Shown here one piece after another: positions 48,633-57,523 of a stretch of DNA of 63,047 nt (positions are counted from its first letter, which is position 1; the number at the start of each line of letters is the position of its first letter). The position numbers were made by a program, and so were the translations under genes. Source of the stretch: a virus (Duplodnaviria > Caudoviricetes); the IMG/VR virus record IMGVR_UViG_3300033997_000050, positions 1 to 63,047 of that record. The stretch is one strand, 5' to 3'. The notes below the pieces were generated by a model. That model did no database searches and was not told the DNA's origin. It saw only the letters and a list, made by a program, of their open reading frames with translations.

Positions 48633-50128
48633 CCGATCACCTCTTTCAATTTGTTCTCAGCGTTGACGGTGATCTCGTCGACCCGGCTGTCGTGAACGTC
48701 GGCGACCTTTGAGAAGCCGGTGAACAGAACTTTCGCGCTTTCTACGCCGAACACGTCCTTGACGGCGACCAGTAATTCGACCATGCGGTCACGCCCGGTC
48801 TTCTCGGTCGCCAGTGCTGCCGTCGCGATCTTTTTCGATTCATCGGGGAACGGGTGCGGCGCGTCGGCCGCTGGCGCCAGTGCTCGTCCTCCGACCGTCT
48901 TCGTCACCGGCCGCATTGCCTCACTCAACTGCTCGGCCACGGCGGTCGGGCATTCGGCAGGCGGCGGCGCGTCGCACGGCGACTCGACCGTGAAGCCGCA
49001 GAACTTGCACTCTTCGTGTTCGGGTTCGGCGTTCGTCGACGCAACGACGGCCAGGGCTTCAGCAGCGGGCATCGGCAGTTCGCCCGTTTCCACGTAGCGA
49101 TCCATCAGCGCGAGCGTGTGTTTGCCGTCCTCGGACTCGCGATCCACCGGAACGTCGAAATGCTCATAGACGCTGCTATGCCGCTCCATGCGGTCATGCT
49201 CACCCTTGCTCGCCACGGCGATCACCTGGTGGAAGCTGGTCGACTTGTACCGCGTCCCGGTGCGCATGGTCGAAGGGTTCATTTCGATGCACCAGCCGAT
49301 GCCCTTGAATTGGCCGATGGTCAGGCGCGACCATGGTTCGGTGAGCAGGCCAGCAAGGTCACGCAGCAGCGCCGCATCGTTGATGATCTTCAGCGCCTCG
49401 TCGGAGGTCTCGGCGAGCATGTTCGCGCGTGCGTCGTTCCGCTCGGCTTCGCTGCGCTGCAATTCGGCTTGCAGATAGTTCGCCAGGTCGAGCGATTCCT
49501 GGAGCGCATGCGTGAGCAGTTCGCGCTTCGACAGGCCCGAGCCGGCGAGCGTCACGCCGTACTTCTCGATGCCGACCTTCGAGCGTGACAGCAGCAGTTC
49601 ACGGTTCGCCTCGACCACTGGATCGACAGCCTTCTCGCCCAGGCCCGGCGTGGTCGGCTCGATCATGCGCGGTCGCAGCCGGCGTTCGTGTGGCGCTTCG
49701 GCCGGCGCATTCCAGGTGTGCATCTTAAACTCGGTGCCGTCGCGCTGCACGTCGGCCGTGAGAACCGGGAACACGGTCAAGCCGTCGCGCACCTTCGGCT
49801 GATTGAACGCCACGCGAATTGCTTCCAACTGTTCCGGCGTCGGTTCGGGCAGCGTGACGGTCACTGGCGGGAACGCCCGCGTGCGCTTCTCCATCAGGTC
49901 CGCGAGGGCGGCGCCTTGCAGAAACGATTCGAGATATTTGCGTGCGCGGCACGGCCCGTTGACCGGGTTGCTGCAATACTGCGGCAGATCCTCCAACAGA
50001 TTCAGTTGCTTCTTCAGGTTGTCGAGCAGATCTTGGCTCGGGTGATAGGCCAGCACATACGCTGCCTGCGCGACTTCCAGCAGGCTCGCAATGATGGCGT
50101 TCGGGTTCGGTGGGATTGCGGTGCTCAT
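48629..50128 (-). CDS. Multi-domain protein including a MazG/dNTP-pyrophosphatase-like helical domain
   Basis: RSKVGIEKYGVTL...LTHALQESLDLANYL; Cys-rich segment; C-terminus resembles that of gene 1357. Confidence 0.55.
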   Translation of the reverse strand: MSTAIPPNPNAIIASLLEVAQAAYVLAYHPSQDLLDNLKKQLNLLEDLPQYCSNPVNGPCRARKYLESFLQGAALADLMEKRTRAFPPVTVTLPEPTPEQLEAIRVAFNQPKVRDGLTVFPVLTADVQRDGTEFKMHTWNAPAEAPHERRLRPRMIEPTTPGLGEKAVDPVVEANRELLLSRSKVGIEKYGVTLAGSGLSKRELLTHALQESLDLANYLQAELQRSEAERNDARANMLAETSDEALKIINDAALLRDLAGLLTEPWSRLTIGQFKGIGWCIEMNPSTMRTGTRYKSTSFHQVIAVASKGEHDRMERHSSVYEHFDVPVDRESEDGKHTLALMDRYVETGELPMPAAEALAVVASTNAEPEHEECKFCGFTVESPCDAPPPAECPTAVAEQLSEAMRPVTKTVGGRALAPAADAPHPFPDESKKIATAALATEKTGRDRMVELLVAVKDVFGVESAKVLFTGFSKVADVHDSRVDEITVNAENKLKEVIG

Positions 50129-50701
50129 TTAAAACTCCTGTTTTTCGGCACGGTAGGCCGTGTCGATCACTTCGTGGAAACCGTCAGCGTGATAGCTGCG
50201 GGGCTTGTGCATCTTGAGCGGCACGGTGCTGGCGATTCGCTCGGTGCCGATGCGGATGCTCCAGCCTTTCGTCGCATCGTCCTGGCTGATGGTCAGCGGC
50301 TCCTGCGATCCGTTCTCGACGTAGCCGCAGCACGCGCGCAGCTTGTTCAGCGCGGCGGCGTCGCGCTCGATGTTGGTCTGCTTGATGGTGTCGGCCGTCG
50401 CGTTCACTGCGTCGCTTTCCTGACGCTCACGGATCACCTGCCTTTCGACGGCGGCAGCACGACCATCCCGGCTGTTGCGCTTGCCGACCGCCACCAGCGC
50501 CTCGCGGCACTCGGTGCAGGACACGACACGCAGGACGCCCATGCTCTGCACCTGGTCGTTGGTCCAGCGTCCGCACAGCGTCTTGTCGGCGCCGGGGAAA
50601 AAGGCGTGGATGGTGGCGCGCGGCGCGGCCTGGCTAGTGTCCTCCGCTGCCGCCTCGTCCCGCGTTGCGACGCGGCGGTATGCTTGATTCAGTGCGGTCA
50701 T
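50129..50701 (-). CDS. Hypothetical protein with a putative Zn finger
   Basis: H...TLCG...SCTEC. Confidence 0.6.
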   Translation of the reverse strand: MTALNQAYRRVATRDEAAAEDTSQAAPRATIHAFFPGADKTLCGRWTNDQVQSMGVLRVVSCTECREALVAVGKRNSRDGRAAAVERQVIRERQESDAVNATADTIKQTNIERDAAALNKLRACCGYVENGSQEPLTISQDDATKGWSIRIGTERIASTVPLKMHKPRSYHADGFHEVIDTAYRAEKQEF

Positions 50702-50800
50702 TCTGTTTCCCTTTCTTCGTTGGTTTCGGATGATTCGGGCAGTTCTCGCATCGCTCGCCTGGCCCGGTGTGGACGAGCGGATTGCGCGGCGGTTTGATGG

Positions 50801-51010
50801 TCACAGTTCGTCCTCGTCGGGTTCGAGGATCAGTTGCGTGTCACCGTGCTTCGTCTGGTTGGTGCGGATCAGGTTCAGCTTCAGGTGATCCAACAGCGCG
50901 TACACCACGTCGCTCAATTCGTCGTGCGTCATGTCGTGGCAATAGCGGATCATCGTTTCGCGGAATGGCGCCGGCTCCATGACTGGCGCTATTTTCTGTT
51001 TCCGGGTCAT
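50801..51010 (-). CDS. Hypothetical protein, ends DEDEL
   Basis: ATGA coupling; SD ggag. Confidence 0.6.
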   Translation of the reverse strand: MTRKQKIAPVMEPAPFRETMIRYCHDMTHDELSDVVYALLDHLKLNLIRTNQTKHGDTQLILEPDEDEL

Positions 51011-51243
51011 TGTGGATTCTCCGCGTCGAACTTCGCGATCTGTTCTGTCCAAGAGTTGACTGCGTTGTCCCACATGTCGACCGGCGAATGGCCGCAGATC
51101 ATCGGCGATGCGTGGTTCTCCATGCTGTCACCGCAGCAGCACACGCCGCTCGACACCGGGGCGCCCTGCATGAAGGCGAGCAGTTCGTCGCGCTGTTTCT
51201 TGTACTCGGTTGCGAGGTCTTTGTCGTTCACGGTTTCTTCCAT
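51007..51243 (-). CDS. Small Cys/His-containing hypothetical protein
   Basis: SGVCCCGDSMENH...CGHSPVD. Confidence 0.55.
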   Translation of the reverse strand: MEETVNDKDLATEYKKQRDELLAFMQGAPVSSGVCCCGDSMENHASPMICGHSPVDMWDNAVNSWTEQIAKFDAENPQ

Positions 51244-51399
51244 TTCTGTGTAAAGCGGAACACGCAGGCGCCGTTTGGCCGCATGGTGTCCGGGTTGATC
51301 TCGATGACGTTCTTTTTCATCAGCACGCGCGCCTGGGTAGGAGATAAATGTGGCATGTTCGTAAAGCGGCCCCGACGTGCGGAGCCGCGTGGTTAATGG

Positions 51400-53568
51400 T
51401 TATTCGGCAGGCTGGTCGACGACAACGTCAACTGTGCCGCTCTCGACGCTGACCTTGATCGTCAGCTTGATCGTGATGACCTTCGGCTCAGGTTGCGGCA
51501 CTGGCTCAGGGTCAGGCTGCGGCACTGGCTCAGGGTCAGGCTCGACAACCTGATCTGCGGCACGTGGGATGATCGCGAACTGAGGGCCGGTGCGGTAGTC
51601 GGGCTTCTTCGCCCTGTTGTCGAACTTCACCCAGGCTTCTGCCGCATCCTTGACGCCGTACTGCGCGGCCATCGCGAGCGCCGGCTGCATGTTCGCCGGG
51701 TAGCCGAGAACGGAATCGGAATAGCCGACCATCCTGCCGGGAGGCCAGCCGTAGCTGTGCGTGGCCGTGAGCCAATCTGCTTGCTCCTGACTACCGCACG
51801 GTTGGTCGATGAACTTCAGACCCTTCGGATGCGTGAGTTTCTTGCTCTCGAACGACACGCTGTCGCCGCCGAAATTGAAGCGGTACATGTCAGCCAGGTT
51901 GTCGAAGATCGGCTCTTTCGCGCTCGGGCGGTATTCCATGTGATACGCGGTCGCGGCGATCCAGCAGAAGCCGGGCGTGGTCATGCGGCCGACGGTGTAC
52001 TTCGCCTTCCACTCAAGGATTGGCAGCGCCTTCTCGAACCCGAGTTCGACCAGGTTGCCGAAGCTCCAGGTGAAGTAGTCGTCTTGCCATGGCGCCGAAG
52101 CCTTCACCTGGAACGAACCCTTGCCCGAGCCGTCGTACACGCCGATCTTGTTCGGGTTCCCGACCACGTAGGTCTCATGATAGAACGCGATGTTGTTTTC
52201 CAGTTGCGTCGTGAAATAGTCCTTCAGCGGGTGGTCGTCCGGCGTGATGTACGCGGCGTGACCCAGCGTGCGCAGCGACCAGGCTTGGCCGCGCACCTGC
52301 TGCCAGTGGATCAGACCTTTCTCGTAGCCGCGATTGCCTGGGTCCGTTTCGAGCGAGTTGCTGGTCGCCCAAAAGTGCAGTTCTTCGAGGAAGTAGTACT
52401 CGCCGGTCAGCAGGTACGGCAGGTACGCCAACGACGGCTGGTGCGCCGTGTCGTTTTTGTATGGCGTCGCGAGCGTGTTCTTATTGCCGGCAAAGCGCGG
52501 CACCGGTAGCGGACCTTTCTTAGCCAGGTTCATGTGCGTTGAGATCAGCCGGTTCTTCTCGTTGTCCGTGCGCACCGGGTAGCCGGTTTCCTCGTCGCGA
52601 TAGTGGATCGACCATGCACCCGAACCCTCGGCCGCAGCCATCATCGGGGCGCGAGCGCGCGCATCTGCCGACAGCAGATACATCACGTACCAGCTTGGCA
52701 GAGGGCCGATGTCAGGACGCCCGCCAGTAGTACCCATGGCCTTGTTGATCGGACCCACTGTCATCGGCGCCGCTTTCCCTGTGCTGAGTGCGCTCAGGTT
52801 CTTTTCTACTGGCGTCGCGGTGCGGTCGTAGTTCGGCACGGCCTTCGATGCGATCAGGTAGTCCACGTCGTGCTTGATGTGGATCTGCGGCTCGTCGCCG
52901 TACCAGAAGACGTGACGCCAGCGGGCGTGATGATAGTGCGTCAGCGCCTTCTTTTCGAAGATCGTTTTGCCTCCCGCCTTGATCGCCACGTCGTACTTGA
53001 AATCGTTGGCGCCAGGCTCGAAGGTCTTCGTGTTCTCGAAGATGATCTCGACGCGAGCATGGTCGGTGGAATAGCGACGCATGGCTGCGCGCATGGTGAG
53101 GTGCAGGTGCGGATCACCTTTACTGTCGACCAGCGGGAGATCCACGATTTGTTCGGCAGCGAACTCGCCCGACAACCATGTGATCGGTACGCCGATAAGA
53201 TCAGATGCGGGGAGATATTTCTCACCGTCGATGGTGATCGCGATCTCGGCTGCACCGTCAGGCTTTGTCAGTGCGAGAGGCATGGCCGCAAACTTCTTCA
53301 CCTTCACGAGTTGCAGTGTCTCGGTGGCGCCGGCTGCGAGCTTGGGCAGTACGCCCGACAAGATGGCGTGGCGCAGCGAGCCGTCGCGGTGCGTGGCCTT
53401 CGTGTCGATCTGGAGCGGGATATTCGAACCGTCCGACAGTTTCGCCTCCAGGCCGTCGTTCTGCTGCATGTGGCCGGCGATGAAGATCTGGCCGAACGTG
53501 AACGGAATGGACTGCTGGTCGACGCCAGTGTTCTCGATCCGTACCAACGGCATTGTGGTGCTGGTCAT
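51400..53568 (-). CDS. 722-aa protein with N-terminal beta domain and probable alpha/alpha toroid; possible polysaccharide lyase-like
   Basis: PFTFGQIF...PLQID...HRDGSLRHA N-terminus; DTAHQPSLAYLPYLLTGEYYFLEE; QVRGQAWSLR; C-terminal Pro/Glu repeats. Confidence 0.55.
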   Translation of the reverse strand: MTSTTMPLVRIENTGVDQQSIPFTFGQIFIAGHMQQNDGLEAKLSDGSNIPLQIDTKATHRDGSLRHAILSGVLPKLAAGATETLQLVKVKKFAAMPLALTKPDGAAEIAITIDGEKYLPASDLIGVPITWLSGEFAAEQIVDLPLVDSKGDPHLHLTMRAAMRRYSTDHARVEIIFENTKTFEPGANDFKYDVAIKAGGKTIFEKKALTHYHHARWRHVFWYGDEPQIHIKHDVDYLIASKAVPNYDRTATPVEKNLSALSTGKAAPMTVGPINKAMGTTGGRPDIGPLPSWYVMYLLSADARARAPMMAAAEGSGAWSIHYRDEETGYPVRTDNEKNRLISTHMNLAKKGPLPVPRFAGNKNTLATPYKNDTAHQPSLAYLPYLLTGEYYFLEELHFWATSNSLETDPGNRGYEKGLIHWQQVRGQAWSLRTLGHAAYITPDDHPLKDYFTTQLENNIAFYHETYVVGNPNKIGVYDGSGKGSFQVKASAPWQDDYFTWSFGNLVELGFEKALPILEWKAKYTVGRMTTPGFCWIAATAYHMEYRPSAKEPIFDNLADMYRFNFGGDSVSFESKKLTHPKGLKFIDQPCGSQEQADWLTATHSYGWPPGRMVGYSDSVLGYPANMQPALAMAAQYGVKDAAEAWVKFDNRAKKPDYRTGPQFAIIPRAADQVVEPDPEPVPQPDPEPVPQPEPKVITIKLTIKVSVESGTVDVVVDQPAE
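51484..51543. repeat. 24-bp tandem repeat encoding PDPEPVPQ units
   Basis: ggctcagggtcaggctgcggcact repeated about 2.5 times. Confidence 0.8.
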
Positions 53569-53625
53569 GATGTTCCTTTCGATTGGTGTGCGGGATTGCA
53601 CCCGAACATTCTATTGATGTTTCGA

Positions 53626-53913
53626 TTAACCCGGATTCCCCTTCATCACTTCCATGCGGTGAGCGGCCAGGCGTGCGGCCAGGCTATTCAGTTTGTCGGC
53701 CAGCGGTGGCGGCGCGCCTTCCATCTTGGCGCTCGATGCGGCCAGTTCCAGGGCGCGCACGGCGATCTCCATGGCGTCGCTGGTGTTCTGGTAGGCGGGA
53801 CGCACGTTGGCCGGGCGTTGGAACGTCGGTGTGCCGATACGCTCTTTCGTTGCCTCGATGTGTGCTTTGCGGCGGGCGACCGCCTCTTCGCCGATGGCGT
53901 CGGTAATGCTCAT
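53626..53913 (-). CDS. Hypothetical protein
   Basis: ATGA coupling; SD ggag. Confidence 0.6.
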   Translation of the reverse strand: MSITDAIGEEAVARRKAHIEATKERIGTPTFQRPANVRPAYQNTSDAMEIAVRALELAASSAKMEGAPPPLADKLNSLAARLAAHRMEVMKGNPG

Positions 53914-54329
53914 TTCAGGCTCCAGGATTCGAGGTTGTCATAGATTGCGCGGATTGCTACCGCGAGATAGGTCGGGCGCGGGATCGGTGCAGGCCGGCCG
54001 CGACGCTGCATTTCCAGCGCTTCGGCGATGATCTGCTCGGTCTCGAAGAACTTGCGTGCCGACTCGGTGTATTCGATGTCGCGGCTGATGTACTCGCGCA
54101 GTTGCTTGTTGTCGAAATTACCGATACCTGGGTCGTTGAAGCTACCCGCACCTTTGCCGTAGATCGCATTGACGTTCTTCAGCGAACTCTGCTTGAGCAT
54201 GCGCAGCTTCGCTTGGGCGCGCGCCTCAAGGTTGAGGTCCACGAAGCGCTGCAAGTCGCCTTCATTCAATGCGTCGACCGTGGCTTGCTGATACGGTTGC
54301 AGTCCGATTTTGATCTTGTCCATGGTCAC
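53910..54329 (-). CDS. Hypothetical protein carrying replication-enzyme-like short motifs
   Basis: LQPYQQ, KNVNAIYGK, EYISRDIEYT. Confidence 0.6.
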   Translation of the reverse strand: MTMDKIKIGLQPYQQATVDALNEGDLQRFVDLNLEARAQAKLRMLKQSSLKNVNAIYGKGAGSFNDPGIGNFDNKQLREYISRDIEYTESARKFFETEQIIAEALEMQRRGRPAPIPRPTYLAVAIRAIYDNLESWSLK

Positions 54330-54676
54330 ACCGTCCGGTGAACGAGCGCCAGCAGATACATGCCGCTCTTGATGTTGATCTCGGTGATCTCGACGCTGAA
54401 GTCGGAACCAGGGATGCGGCGCTTGGCCGACGACACGGCCGAGGTCACGCTGTTGCGCAGCTTGTCGGCCTGCGCGCTCATCGTGGCCTTCGCGTCGCCG
54501 ATGGTGGTGGTCGGGTCGATCTGCACCACGCGCGCGGCCGGCATGTCGCCAACCTCCATGTCCGCGACGGCGGCGTTGAACGAGAAGGCGCGAGCGCGCG
54601 GCGGTGGTGCGATGTCGACCTCGGGACTCATCGCGCCGACGATGGCCGCTGCGAGGACTTGATTACGTGCTGACAT
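54326..54676 (-). CDS. Hypothetical protein
   Basis: SD aagga; coupled to the next gene. Confidence 0.65.
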   Translation of the reverse strand: MSARNQVLAAAIVGAMSPEVDIAPPPRARAFSFNAAVADMEVGDMPAARVVQIDPTTTIGDAKATMSAQADKLRNSVTSAVSSAKRRIPGSDFSVEITEINIKSGMYLLALVHRTV

Positions 54677-54697
54677 GGTGTTTCCTTGTTGAGTGAT

Positions 54698-54928
54698 TTA
54701 CAGAGCGTCGAGCGTGATGTCGAGGTTGTTCAGCGCCGAGCGAGCGCTGTTCTGCGCCAGGTCCAGGTGCGTCACGATGTTGGCGCGGGCCGGGCTGTCC
54801 GACTCGACGTACAGCGCGTTTTCCTGGCGACGGACTTCGCGGATCTTGTCGACCAGTTCGCGAGCCATGTCGCGGATCTCGGTCAGCGACTCCAGCGAGT
54901 TCGCTACAGTGTTCTTCGACGATGCCAT
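54698..54928 (-). CDS. Hypothetical helical protein, first gene of the leftward arm
   Basis: SD aggag before ATG 54928. Confidence 0.65.
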   Translation of the reverse strand: MASSKNTVANSLESLTEIRDMARELVDKIREVRRQENALYVESDSPARANIVTHLDLAQNSARSALNNLDITLDAL

Positions 54929-54963
54929 GCTGTTTCTCCTATTCAATGGGTAGTGGTGCAGCC

Positions 54964-54992
54964 ATTATCATGACAGGGAAAAACCTTGTCAA
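54964..54992 (-). promoter_or_regulatory. Sigma70-type promoter containing the 19-bp operator
   Basis: TTGACA-17 bp-GATAAT. Confidence 0.8.
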
Positions 54993-55018
54993 CAAGTTTT
55001 TGAAATTCAGATTCCGAA

Positions 55019-55113
55019 TTTTGGGAACCGGCTAGGACTGCAAAGTAAGCGACAGGGTTTCATCTAAATTGGAAAACGGATTTTTGGGAACCGGCCAGGT
55101 CTGTCAAGTAAGC
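55019..55113. repeat. Imperfect direct repeat, about 32 bp, two copies
   Basis: ttttgggaaccggctaggactgcaaagtaagc and ttttgggaaccggccaggtctgtcaagtaagc. Confidence 0.8.
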
Positions 55114-55437
55114 CGGAAAACGTGGTTTCACCTTGTCGACTGGTCCGCAGTACCGTCAGCCTGGCGCCGGCCGTGGCTTGGTCTCGGGCCTGGGGCATGG
55201 CGAAAAAGCCGGTTTTGAACGAAATTTGGTGGGCGTGCCTGGGGCGCCGTGGGATATTCGGAAATAGCAGCTACCGGACGTGGCAAATATTTGGCCGGTA
55301 TGCGTGGTGCGCCGCGTTTCGTTCTGTCGGTATAGCGGGCCGGCCTGGTGGCCTGGTATCGGCGGCGCTGCAAACCGGGCGACGTGGTTTTTCCGTGTCG
55401 CCTGTTCCACATTTGCACGGCACGGTATGCAAAACTG

Positions 55438-55466
55438 TTGACAGGGTTTTTCCTTGTCTGTATCTT
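55438..55466 (+). promoter_or_regulatory. Sigma70-type promoter containing the 19-bp operator
   Basis: TTGACA-17 bp-TATCTT. Confidence 0.75.
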
Positions 55467-55521
55467 TGCAATCAGTCCGGTGCAAACCGGCTTACAAACA
55501 ATCCCTAAAACGGAGTTCGAA

Positions 55522-56226
55522 ATGTTGCAAGTTAAATTGGTCTACAGTGAAAGCTTTACCGCTCAAACGATGGACGGCGCTACCGCCGAACTTATCAAGG
55601 TAGTCGATGCGCTGGGTAACTCCTACGGGCTTCTTGACTGCGGTGGAAAGCTAAAAGCTTGGTGCGGCTCGATTGATAAAAATAGTGTCGAATGCGTTCT
55701 TGTCGAAGTGCCGCGCGTGTCCCTGGTAAAACCCGAAGCGCCGGAATGCGTGGCGCACCTGGCCGATGTGCCGCAAGAGAGCAACGCTGATGTGATGGCG
55801 CGCGCCGTTGCTTTCGTCCGCGATATCCGCCTTACCGCTGAATACCTGGCGGCGCACGATGGCGAACCGGCCACGCTGGACGCGGGCGTGTCGGACAATG
55901 AGCAAGTGCGCGCACTGGCGCATGAACAGGCCCGCGCCGATGCGGCCCGCGTGCTGTCCGGCGTGGCGCTGTGTGACATCGCACCATGCCCGAGTAACCG
56001 CGATCCCATGGCGGGCGAATGCTGCGATACGTGCGGCGCGGCGCTGGAGTCGGGCCAGATTGGCGACTGCGACGAATGCCAAGAGGAACCGCAAGAGTTC
56101 ATCAATCATTACAAGTGCTATCGGTGCGCGCATGAATGGGCGGACCAGTGGACGGCGCAATGTGACGACGATTGCCCCGAGTGCGGCGCGCGCCACGTCT
56201 CCCCGCATACGTCGGAGGATGCGTAA
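55522..56226 (+). CDS. Hypothetical protein with C-terminal CxxC clusters
   Basis: SD ggag; CDTC, CDEC, CYRC, CPEC. Confidence 0.65.
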   Translation: MLQVKLVYSESFTAQTMDGATAELIKVVDALGNSYGLLDCGGKLKAWCGSIDKNSVECVLVEVPRVSLVKPEAPECVAHLADVPQESNADVMARAVAFVRDIRLTAEYLAAHDGEPATLDAGVSDNEQVRALAHEQARADAARVLSGVALCDIAPCPSNRDPMAGECCDTCGAALESGQIGDCDECQEEPQEFINHYKCYRCAHEWADQWTAQCDDDCPECGARHVSPHTSEDA

Positions 56227-56228
56227 TC

Positions 56229-56582
56229 ATGAACCGCGACAACGAAACGACGACAGAACACGCTTTCACGGACGCCGACACGGCCCGCGCGTTCATCCGT
56301 AAAGCGCCGCCCGGTACGCGCTTTTATCTGCATGTCCGCATGGCCGCTTACATCGTGGACGATCCCGACCATTACGCGCCGTCCGCGTTCTGCGCTGGTG
56401 TCGGCCTGTCGCGCAAGGATGCTTTGTCGTTCATCCGCGATGCTTGGATGGGAATTCGTCCAGAACGAAATTACATCATGCGAATGCGCGAGACTGTCCG
56501 GCCAGCGGATAGCCGTTGGTGTCGCAAAACGGATGCAATCGTTTATCCCGCGCGCCCGGATCGCGCCGTGTGGATTGGCTAA
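56229..56582 (+). CDS. Hypothetical protein
   Basis: SD ggagg before ATG 56229. Confidence 0.6.
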   Translation: MNRDNETTTEHAFTDADTARAFIRKAPPGTRFYLHVRMAAYIVDDPDHYAPSAFCAGVGLSRKDALSFIRDAWMGIRPERNYIMRMRETVRPADSRWCRKTDAIVYPARPDRAVWIG

Positions 56583-56592
56583 TGTAAACTTG

Positions 56593-56671
56593 TTGACAGG
56601 GTTTTTCCTTGTCGTTTAAAATGCTTTCTGTCGGGCAAGCTGTAAGCCTGGCGACAGTGTTTTACCTTGTC
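56593..56671 (+). promoter_or_regulatory. Sigma70-type promoter plus two operator copies
   Basis: TTGACA-18 bp-TAAAAT; operators at 56595 and 56653. Confidence 0.7.
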
Positions 56672-56816
56672 AACGAATTTACATAGGCCAGTGATGGATT
56701 ACGAATACACCCCGCCCGATGGATTGCTTTACCGCCTTGCGGATTACTGCGTCCATGTTGGCTGTATCGGTCTCGCGCTGGCGATAATTTTTCATCCATT
56801 CTAAGGAATCGCAATC

Positions 56817-57479
56817 ATGTCTTTCGCATCCAAAAACGCTGACCTCTTGAACCTGTTCGCCCTATTCGGCAAGCCTGTTCCTACCGAAGATTCCAACATG
56901 GGTCGCGCCGTGTCGATCCTGCAAACCATCGCTGACAACCACTCGCACAGCTTCAGCGTTGACGCCGACGAACTGGCCGAAGAAATGGCCGATAACCTGA
57001 AGGGTTGGAGCATCTTTAACGGCAATGCCGCGTTCAACCCTTACGCCGAGTCGCACGACGGCAAGCGGGCAGAGGGTGAAACCAAGTATGAAGTTCTCGC
57101 AGCCGCTTACGTGCTGGCCGGTCTCACGCTGGAAGAGAGCTATACGCCGGACGAATTTGACGCGCTGGAAGAACTGGAAAGCATGATTGCTGAAGGACTC
57201 GACGATAACAATTTCGAGTTCGACGGCAACGAATACCGCCTCATCAAGTCGGACGAGGATTGCATTTGGCCCATCTACCGTGACGCTATCCAATCGACCC
57301 TAGAAGACTGCTATTCCGACGTTCTCAAGCTGGATAAGATTCCGTCGTTTATCGCCGTATCCGTGGACTGGGAACAGACCGCAAAGAACGCATACGCCGA
57401 TGGCTACGGCCACCAGTTCAGCAGCTATGACGGCAGCGAATACGAAGCGGGCGGATACTACATTTTCCGCACGAACTAA
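56817..57479 (+). CDS. Acidic ArdA-like antirestriction (DNA mimic) protein
   Basis: Very Asp/Glu-rich; C-terminus IPSFIAVSVDWEQTAKNAYADG...GYYIFRTN resembles the ArdA C-terminal domain. Confidence 0.55.
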   Translation: MSFASKNADLLNLFALFGKPVPTEDSNMGRAVSILQTIADNHSHSFSVDADELAEEMADNLKGWSIFNGNAAFNPYAESHDGKRAEGETKYEVLAAAYVLAGLTLEESYTPDEFDALEELESMIAEGLDDNNFEFDGNEYRLIKSDEDCIWPIYRDAIQSTLEDCYSDVLKLDKIPSFIAVSVDWEQTAKNAYADGYGHQFSSYDGSEYEAGGYYIFRTN

Positions 57480-57523
57480 GCGCCACGAGACCATTTCAAA
57501 CAATCCCGAAAACGGAGTAAATC

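Noticed and set aside
54972-56671. 19-bp repeats as a mini-CRISPR array
   Set aside because: Spacing is irregular, orientation varies, and copies coincide with promoter -35/spacer positions, which fits operators.
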